Under the pieces are notes generated by a model. That model did not search any database. It was given only the letters and a program-made list of their open reading frames with translations, and was not told the DNA's origin. Both the position numbers and the translations under genes were made by a program. A stretch of 64,000 nucleotides of DNA from Vulcanimicrobiota bacterium. GTDB taxonomy: Bacteria > Vulcanimicrobiota > Xenobia > Xenobiales > JADMJV01. The stretch is taken from assembly GCA_050250895.1 (NCBI GenBank), contig JBFWNU010000002.1, positions 288,001 through 352,000 on the forward strand, given 5' to 3'. Positions 57,363 through 64,000 of the stretch are shown here, one piece after another (position 1 is the first letter of the stretch; each line of letters begins with the position of its first letter).

Positions 57363-57833
57363 CTCGTCGAGGAGGTCGTCGTGGATTGACAACGTCACCC
57401 GCCAGGTCGTTCCCTTTCGGTTGAGAATGAAGTCGTAGACGGCACTTTCTCGAGTCTTGGTGATGAAGACGAAGCCGCAACCGGCCTGGTGGTGGATAGC
57501 GTGGACAGATGCCCGCAAGTCCTGCAACCACAACATCCAATCGCTCGGGATAGTCCCGACCTTTCGCTCCACCAGGACATCCGAGGCGAACTCATGGGGT
57601 TCGCGTTTGAACTGAACGAAATGCGGTTGGCTGGTGGAGGTGCTGACGCTTAGAGCGGGCGGAAGCTTGAGTCTCCACTCGTCACCGCCGATCTCGAGCC
57701 AGTCTGGTCCAGGCTCCAAGTCTATCTGGATGGGGGTCACCAAGCTCTTGAGTCGCCTGGCTGCGACTGCCAGGGAGACTAGCGCCATCAGCCAGCCGGC
57801 TGTCTCGAGCCCGACTACCGCCGAGAAGGTCAC
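57324..57833 (-). CDS. Hypothetical membrane-anchored protein
   Basis: GTG start after GGGAG; N-terminal TM segment. Confidence 0.6.
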   Translation of the reverse strand: MTFSAVVGLETAGWLMALVSLAVAARRLKSLVTPIQIDLEPGPDWLEIGGDEWRLKLPPALSVSTSTSQPHFVQFKREPHEFASDVLVERKVGTIPSDWMLWLQDLRASVHAIHHQAGCGFVFITKTRESAVYDFILNRKGTTWRVTLSIHDDLLDEATALTVASTLQA

Positions 57834-57839
57834 TCCCTG

Positions 57840-58667
57840 CTAGAGTCCGGCCAGGTTCTCCTGGGCGCGGGCTTTCCATTCGAGTTCGCTGGCTTGAGCG
57901 CGGGTTACCCGGGCCTGATGGGTCGAGTTGTCGGCCTGGCGGTTGAAGTCGTCGGCTTTGGCGTCGGTGGCGGCTGCTTCGGCCCCGAGCTTGTTGGCCT
58001 GGCTGACTAGAAATTGCTGGCGGGTGGTGGTGTCCTGGATGGAAAGGACTACGGTGGCCGCCTGGCTGCGCAGCGAGGCGACCTCCTGGCCGGCGGCGCT
58101 GACGGCATGCTGAAAGCCGCTGGCGGTCTTGAGGTGGCTGTCGGCCAGGGCGATGAGGGCGAAGGCCCCTTCCAGGGCGCATGTGTCGCCGTTGGCGCCG
58201 GCCAGCAGCTTTTCGCCCTGGTAGCGATAGAGAATTCCTTCTTGTTCGGCGTCCGAGGCGTCTTCGCGAGCCTGGGCGGCGCGTTGTTCGGCGGCGGCGA
58301 TGGCGGCTTCGAGCTGGTTTTTCTTGGCCGTCTGGGCGGTGACTTGATTGGTCAATTCGGTGGCTTCGCCTTTGGCCTGATCGGCGGTGACGTGCTGGAA
58401 ACCGGCGGTCGAGTGTTGCTCAGCCGCTTTGTTGCGCTGAGTCGAGGCGTCGCTATCCAGGGTCTCGGCCTTGGCATTGAGGTCGGCTGCCTGCGAACGA
58501 AGCTTGGCCGCGCTTTCTTTGAGGGTGGTAGGGTTGAGCCCGACCACCACCTTGTCTTCGGTGACGATGACCTCGACGGGGGCGTCGGCCAGCGAGGCGG
58601 CGCGAGCGACCAGGTTGGCGAGAGGGGAAGCAAGTGGAGAGCTGTCTGGCGTGCTAGGTAGAATCAT
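57840..58667 (-). CDS. Ala-heptad coiled-coil hairpin protein
   Basis: Ala every 7 residues on both sides of a moderately hydrophobic central segment. Confidence 0.65.
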   Translation of the reverse strand: MILPSTPDSSPLASPLANLVARAASLADAPVEVIVTEDKVVVGLNPTTLKESAAKLRSQAADLNAKAETLDSDASTQRNKAAEQHSTAGFQHVTADQAKGEATELTNQVTAQTAKKNQLEAAIAAAEQRAAQAREDASDAEQEGILYRYQGEKLLAGANGDTCALEGAFALIALADSHLKTASGFQHAVSAAGQEVASLRSQAATVVLSIQDTTTRQQFLVSQANKLGAEAAATDAKADDFNRQADNSTHQARVTRAQASELEWKARAQENLAGL

Positions 58668-58676
58668 CCTCACTCT

Positions 58677-58720
58677 ATTATGAGCTGTAAGGGGTCGATT
58701 TTTGTTGCCAATCTGTTGCC
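58677..58720 (-). promoter_or_regulatory. Phased-repeat promoter
   Basis: GGCAAC-N5-GGCAAC-N21-CATAAT. Confidence 0.7.
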
Positions 58721-58756
58721 GCCCGGACAGGTCACCGATCCGAGATTTGTCAGAAC

Positions 58757-58800
58757 GGTCATATAACGGTTACTTCTGCGTGTTGACCCCGGTTTAGACT
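58757..58800 (+). promoter_or_regulatory. Phased-repeat promoter
   Basis: GGTCAT-N5-GGTTAC-N21-TAGACT (AACGGTYA repeated at 11 bp). Confidence 0.7.
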
Positions 58801-58836
58801 GCCAACGGGCCCACCAGGCCCATAGAGAGGTGCGTC

Positions 58837-61047
58837 ATGATCACAACCATCAAGAGCAGTCCGACTATTGCTCCTCACATCGCGGCCAAAGCCGCCGAGC
58901 CCCTGGACCGCTTCGAGCCCTCCCGCGATTCTTTCTCGGTGGCCGAGGCCATCGATGCTTCTTCGGCCGAGGCGGCTTCGCTGCGCCTGAAGATGGCCGA
59001 CGAGGAGTATGTCCCCGGAGAAGTGCTGGTCAGGATGGCCCCCGGCCTCAAGGCCGCCAGTCTCGAAACTTTCGCCGCCGATTATGGCGCCAAGGTGAAG
59101 TGCCACTTCGATGTGCCTGCCAGCATGCTGGCCGCCATCGGGGGCGAGATGATGTCTTTGTCGTTGCCCGAGAGTCTCGATGTGGCCGGAGCGCTGGCCG
59201 CCATGCGGCGCGACCCGCGGGTGGCGGTGGCCGAGTCCAACGACATTTTGCACGCCGTGGTCGACCACCCCGAGCCGGTGACCCCCAACGATCTCGACGG
59301 CAAGCTCTGGGGGCTTTCCAACACCGGTCAAGACGGCGGCATCGCCGGGGTCGACTGCAAGGCCAGCCTGGCCTGGAACATCAGTACCGGCACCAACGAG
59401 GGTCCGGTGGTGGCGGTCATCGACACCGGAGTCGACTTCGAGCATCGCGATCTGCGCAACAACATCTGGCGCAATCCCAATGAGGCGGCCGACGGGGCTG
59501 ATACCGACGGCAACGGGGTGATTGACGATCTGGTCGGCTACAACGCCATCGACGACAGCGGCAACCCCACCGACGAGAACGGTCACGGCACTCATTGCGC
59601 CGGCACGATCGGGGCCGAGGGCAACAACGGAACCGGAGTAGTTGGCGTCAACTGGCGAGCCCGGGTCATGCCGTTGCGCTTCCTGGGCGCGACCGGTTCG
59701 GGCACCACCGAAGACTCGATCAAGTGCGTGCTCTACGCCTCGAAGATGGGGGCCAAGATCACCTCCAACTCGTGGGCCGGCTTCAAATACAACCAGGTTC
59801 TCTATGATGCGATGGCCGCTTCGCCCGCGCTGCATGTGTGCGCCGCCGGCAACGAAGGCTACAACAACGATGTGCGCCCGGTGTATCCGGCTTCCTACGA
59901 GTTGGACAACATCATTTCGGTGGCCGCTCATGATCGCCAGGACCGCCTGGCCAGCTTCTCCAACAGCGGCTCGGGCTCGGTGGATCTGGCCGCTCCCGGC
60001 GTGGACATCTACTCGACCAAGCCGAGTAACGCCTACCAGAGCTTGAGCGGCACCTCCATGGCCACGCCCCATGTGGCCGGCGTGGCTACGCTGGTCGCTT
60101 CAGCCTACCCCGATGCCACGCCCGAGGACATCAAGCGGCGGATCCTCTCGGGGGTCGATCAGATGCCCCAGCCGTGGGCCGGTCGTCTGACCACGGGTGG
60201 TCGCCTCAACGCCCTCAAAGCGCTCGAGAACGACCAGGTCGCACCGGCTCCGGCCTCCGACCTGGCGGTCAAGCAGATCGGCACCGAGTCGGCCCAGCTG
60301 CAGTGGACGGCCACCGGTGACGACGGGACCGAGGGGCACGCTAATGGATACGAGCTGCGCTACTCTGACCATCCCATCGTGGACGGCGAGGCCGCGCCTG
60401 GTCAGGTCGGATTTGACCAGGCCACCAAGGTGCGCATCGAGGCTCCCAAAGACTCGGGTCAACTCGAGTCGACGGTGGTCAAGTTCGCTCCTTCGGGCCA
60501 GGAGCGCAAGATGTATTTCTCTCTGAAAGTCATCGATAACGTCGGCAACCGCTCGCCGGCCCAGACCGTCGAGGTGGCCGTGCCCACCACGCCAGTGGTG
60601 CTCGAGGATAACATGGACGGCCAGCGCTCCGAATGGACCGCCGATGCTGGCTGGGCTCGTGTCGAGGTTGAAGGTCGCGGTCAGGTCTGGACCGATAGCC
60701 CGGCTGGTGATTACGACGCCAACTACGACGGGGCCATCACTTCCAAGGAGTTCTCTCTGGAAGGCCTCAAGAACAGCAAGCTCAACATCGACCTGAAATA
60801 TGATGTCGAGCAGAAGCACGACGCCGTTACCGTCGAGGTCTACGGCAGCAGTTGGTGGATGCGTAAATGGCGACAGGTAGCTTCTTTCGACGGCATTGAC
60901 GCTTGGAAGACTCACCAGATCGACATCTCGAAGTATGACGGACAGAAAGACCTCAAGGTCAGAGTGCGCCTCGAGACCGACAGTTCTCGTCACCGTGACG
61001 GGGTCTATGTCGACAACGTCGTCATCACCGGCGAGCCCGACAAATGA
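58837..61047 (+). CDS. S8 subtilisin-like serine protease, paralog 2
   Basis: [25 protein letters not shown]; same domain order as 48179. Confidence 0.95.
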   Translation: MITTIKSSPTIAPHIAAKAAEPLDRFEPSRDSFSVAEAIDASSAEAASLRLKMADEEYVPGEVLVRMAPGLKAASLETFAADYGAKVKCHFDVPASMLAAIGGEMMSLSLPESLDVAGALAAMRRDPRVAVAESNDILHAVVDHPEPVTPNDLDGKLWGLSNTGQDGGIAGVDCKASLAWNISTGTNEGPVVAVIDTGVDFEHRDLRNNIWRNPNEAADGADTDGNGVIDDLVGYNAIDDSGNPTDENGHGTHCAGTIGAEGNNGTGVVGVNWRARVMPLRFLGATGSGTTEDSIKCVLYASKMGAKITSNSWAGFKYNQVLYDAMAASPALHVCAAGNEGYNNDVRPVYPASYELDNIISVAAHDRQDRLASFSNSGSGSVDLAAPGVDIYSTKPSNAYQSLSGTSMATPHVAGVATLVASAYPDATPEDIKRRILSGVDQMPQPWAGRLTTGGRLNALKALENDQVAPAPASDLAVKQIGTESAQLQWTATGDDGTEGHANGYELRYSDHPIVDGEAAPGQVGFDQATKVRIEAPKDSGQLESTVVKFAPSGQERKMYFSLKVIDNVGNRSPAQTVEVAVPTTPVVLEDNMDGQRSEWTADAGWARVEVEGRGQVWTDSPAGDYDANYDGAITSKEFSLEGLKNSKLNIDLKYDVEQKHDAVTVEVYGSSWWMRKWRQVASFDGIDAWKTHQIDISKYDGQKDLKVRVRLETDSSRHRDGVYVDNVVITGEPDK

Positions 61048-63146
61048 CGCGTCAGGACCTGAGCGAGTTCTTCGGCTTTGACCGGCTTGGTAATGTAGTC
61101 GTTCATCCCGGCCGCCAGACACTCGTTGCGGTCCTCTGCGCTGGCGTTGGCAGTGACGGCAACAATCGGCAGTCGCTCTAGCCCGCGGGCGCGAATCCGG
61201 CGGGTGGCCTCGAGGCCGTCCATTTCTGGCATCTGACAATCCATCAAGACGAGATTGTAAGAGGACAGGTGGACGGCCTCGACTGCTTCCTGCCCATTGG
61301 CTACCACGTCACACACGAACCCCCGCTTCTCGAGCAGGCGGAGCAGGTATTTCTGATTGATGAAGTTGTCCTCGGCCACCAGAATGCGGTGACCCGGCCC
61401 GGCGCGGACGGGGCGGTCGGGGGCTTTCCCCGGCTGGGTCAGCTCGAGCAACTCGCCGACGACCCGCCGCAGGCTGTCGTGGCGCGCCGGTTTGGTCAGG
61501 ATGTCGTCAAACAACCCCTCGGTCACAAGCTGTCCCGGATCACTGGTCATCAACAGCAGGCGCATCGACGACCCGCATCGAGCCCTCAACTCGCCGGCTA
61601 GTTGGAGCCCATCCATTCCTGGCATGCGAAAGTCGATCAGCGCTAGCGAAAAGCTTCTCCCACGGTCGATCAGGCCCAGCGCTTCCAGGCTGTCGACGGC
61701 TGTCGAGACTTGAAGTCCCCAGCTGGTCAATAGTCGATCGTAGATGCGGCGATTGGTGGGATGGTCGTCCACCACCAGGACGCGATGATCTCGGCCGAAA
61801 GACCACTCCTCTTGGGGCATTGGGCTTCCTGGTGGCAGCGGAATCTCGAACCAGAAAGTAGAGCCGTGTCCGACCTTGCTGCTGCAACCGATTTCGCCCC
61901 CCATGGCCTGGCACAATCGCCTGCAAATGGCTAGTCCCAGACCCGTTCCGCCGAATTGGCGCGAAGTGGACGAGTCTACCTGAGAAAACGACTGGAATAG
62001 GCGCCCCATTTTCTCTTCGGGGATGCCGATGCCGGTGTCGACGACTTCAAAACGCAGCCAACCCTTTTTCAATGGCTTGACTTCGAGGCCGACACTGCCC
62101 TCGGGAGTGAACTTGATCGCATTGGATAGTAGATTGAGCAGAATCTGACGCAGCCGGGTCGGATCGCCACGGACCCAGTCGGCGATCTGGGGGTCGATCG
62201 AGACGGGCAGACCAAGATTCCTTTCTCGGGCTTTGAGCGAGACGATTTCGATAACGTCTTCGAGGCATCTGCCCAGCCTGAAATCGAGTTCTTCGAGTTC
62301 CATCATGTCGGCTTCCAGCTTCGAGAAATCGAGGATGTCGTTGATGAGGGCCAGCAAGGCCTCGCCGGAGCGATTGATGGTCTCGGCAAAATCTCGCTGT
62401 TCGAGGTCGAGTTCCGTATCGAGTAGAAGCCCGGTCATTCCCAGCACACCGTTGAGGGGAGTTCGAATCTCGTGGCTCAGGGTGGCCAGAAATGTGCTCT
62501 TGACCTGGTTGGCCCGCTCCGCCTCGCGTCGGGCCCGGTCGAGTTCCCAGGCCTGGCGTCGCAGCATCTCTCGGTCTTCGAGTGCTTTGATGATCCAACG
62601 GTTTTGGCGCACCGCTTGCGACCAGAGAAAGATACCGTAGATCACGATCACGGTGGGCTCGGAGGCCGATTGGACCGCCACCCCTGCCAGCGCCGCGGGG
62701 GCCAGCAACAGCCACAAGAAGTTTCTGAGGATGGTGCGATGGGAGGAAAGGGAGCCAGTCCCACCCGAGCCGATGCCAGCGGTGGTTAAGAGCACGAACA
62801 GCGAGGTCCACTCCCCCGGATAGCGATAGACGGCCAGAGCCGCTAACCCGCCCCAGGTCGCCGCCGCCAGGTAGGTGCTCCAGGCAAAGCGCTGGAGCCA
62901 GTGCGCGGGAGCCTCGTGGTAGTGCTCGAGCATCCTGGTGTAGGTCCAGAATCGAGCTGCTCCCAGGGCGGTCATCAATCCCAGCAACAAGCCGATCTCG
63001 ATCGGATAGTCCCGGAACATCGAGGTCGAGAAGGCGACCGCCAGACCCAATAGCGGATAGACGACGGCAGACTCGGGTGATCGTCGCGCTAGAGTCAGAT
63101 CGGCTTCTGCCTGGACGCTGGAACGAAGCATGCGATCGTTGGTCAC
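61005..63146 (-). CDS. Hybrid sensor histidine kinase (TM region, HisKA, HATPase, two REC)
   Basis: [32 protein letters not shown], two receiver domains. Confidence 0.95.
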   Translation of the reverse strand: MTNDRMLRSSVQAEADLTLARRSPESAVVYPLLGLAVAFSTSMFRDYPIEIGLLLGLMTALGAARFWTYTRMLEHYHEAPAHWLQRFAWSTYLAAATWGGLAALAVYRYPGEWTSLFVLLTTAGIGSGGTGSLSSHRTILRNFLWLLLAPAALAGVAVQSASEPTVIVIYGIFLWSQAVRQNRWIIKALEDREMLRRQAWELDRARREAERANQVKSTFLATLSHEIRTPLNGVLGMTGLLLDTELDLEQRDFAETINRSGEALLALINDILDFSKLEADMMELEELDFRLGRCLEDVIEIVSLKARERNLGLPVSIDPQIADWVRGDPTRLRQILLNLLSNAIKFTPEGSVGLEVKPLKKGWLRFEVVDTGIGIPEEKMGRLFQSFSQVDSSTSRQFGGTGLGLAICRRLCQAMGGEIGCSSKVGHGSTFWFEIPLPPGSPMPQEEWSFGRDHRVLVVDDHPTNRRIYDRLLTSWGLQVSTAVDSLEALGLIDRGRSFSLALIDFRMPGMDGLQLAGELRARCGSSMRLLLMTSDPGQLVTEGLFDDILTKPARHDSLRRVVGELLELTQPGKAPDRPVRAGPGHRILVAEDNFINQKYLLRLLEKRGFVCDVVANGQEAVEAVHLSSYNLVLMDCQMPEMDGLEATRRIRARGLERLPIVAVTANASAEDRNECLAAGMNDYITKPVKAEELAQVLTRHLSGSPVMTTLST

Positions 63147-63388
63147 GACTCTCTTCTCGGAGGTTTGCCTCGCGGCTTAAGTCGCTGCACGCCGCGCCGC
63201 TCGCGGGACGCCTTGTCGGCCCCCTGGCCCGCGGCTTGTCGGGGCGCACCCTTAAACAATCATGAAAATGTTCATACGTAGTTCAAAACATGGCCCGTTC
63301 AAATCAATATTCTCCTTCTAGACGTCTCACCGGCCCGTGCTACAGGGGCCAGTTTAAACCGATAAAACCCAACAACATCTAGGAGAGT

Positions 63389-64000
63389 ATGATGATTTCC
63401 CAAATCCGCCCTCAGACCTATGTCTCGTCCACGCCCAGCGCTCGCGCTGCCGCTCCCGCGGCCCAGCAAGAAGCCGCTGCCCCTTCCGAGTCGGTGTCCC
63501 TTTCCGGCGCCGCCCCTCGGGTCGACCTGGCTGGCGTTCTTTCCGCCACCGCCAAAGAAGCTGCTTCGCTCGCTTCCAAACTTCCTGAGCACGTCGAAGG
63601 CGAAGTGCTCGTCAAGCTCGGCCCCAACGCCTCGCTCGACGCCATGACCGACTTCGCCAGCGACTACGGCGCGACGATGATCGAGAAGTTCGATGTTCCC
63701 CAGAACATGTTCAAAGCTTTCAACGGTGAGCTCGTTCACCTGAAGCTGCCCGCCGGCATGTCCACCGCCCAGGCGATGGCCGCCATGGACAAAGACCCCC
63801 GCGTCCAGTACGCCGCTTCCAACGACATCCTGCACACCCTCGGCAACGCCGAGCCGGTGGTTCCCAATGACCTCGACAGCCGCCTCTGGGGCATGAACAA
63901 CACCGGTCAGACCGGCGGAACCGCCGATGCCGACATCGACGCTCCTGAAGCCTGGTCGATCACGACCGGCAAAGGCGCCGCCGAGAACGGCCCCGTCATC
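63389..64000 (+). CDS. S8 protease paralog 3, 5' part; runs off the window edge
   Basis: Manual translation MMISQIRPQ...PSESVSLSG...KLPEHVEGEVLVKL...LWGMNNTGQTGGTADADIDAPEAW; RBS AGGAGA; not in the ORF track. Confidence 0.9.
   Translation, partial: MMISQIRPQTYVSSTPSARAAAPAAQQEAAAPSESVSLSGAAPRVDLAGVLSATAKEAASLASKLPEHVEGEVLVKLGPNASLDAMTDFASDYGATMIEKFDVPQNMFKAFNGELVHLKLPAGMSTAQAMAAMDKDPRVQYAASNDILHTLGNAEPVVPNDLDSRLWGMNNTGQTGGTADADIDAPEAWSITTGKGAAENGPVI

Noticed and set aside
61005-61047. 43-bp convergent overlap between the S8 protease and hybrid kinase genes
   Set aside because: Short 3' overlaps of convergent genes are common; no sign of a frameshift.
63340-63368. Sigma28-like ACCGATAA (and GCCGATAG near 44143)
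   Set aside because: No TAAA -35 at the correct 15-nt spacing.

Overview
High-GC bacterial chromosomal segment (GC judged by eye, not computed). It has no rRNA, tRNA or CRISPR array that I can recognise. Housekeeping genes (rpsN, metK, priA, def, fmt, rlmN) sit in a reshuffled Terrabacteria-type cluster. The gene style suggests Candidatus Eremiobacterota/Vulcanimicrobiota (Xenobia-like); this is an inference only. Other content: an FNR/CRP + PAS kinase + NarL + hemerythrin redox-sensing cluster with two class-II FNR-like boxes; a partial pseudopilin/PilC cluster; a kinase plus a REC-wHTH-BTAD (SARP-like) regulator; a TPR Ser/Thr kinase and two FHA proteins; three paralogous S8 proteases; and a ~3.8 kb XRE/UPF0175-DUF3368/HNH islet bounded by a ~40 bp imperfect direct repeat. 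The main unexplained signal is window-wide. About 16 dispersed orphan or hydrolase genes share a promoter layout: a TAnnnT -10 plus degenerate hexamers (GTTAAC/GTTCAC/GGCAAC/TTTCAG-like) starting about 16, 27, 38, 48, 59 and 70 nt upstream, an ~11-bp phasing typical of winged-helix (OmpR/SARP) sites. About ten proteins, mostly from that set, lack a normal Sec signal and carry a disordered N-terminus with a P-x-D/E-x-x-x-[LVF]-[SG]-like motif. The set includes translocon/pore-like helical-hairpin proteins, proteases, a lipase, a GH76 and an NlpC/P60-like enzyme, and may be an undescribed co-regulated exported attack/predation arsenal. A candidate anti-SD sRNA and frequent leaderless starts are also visible.
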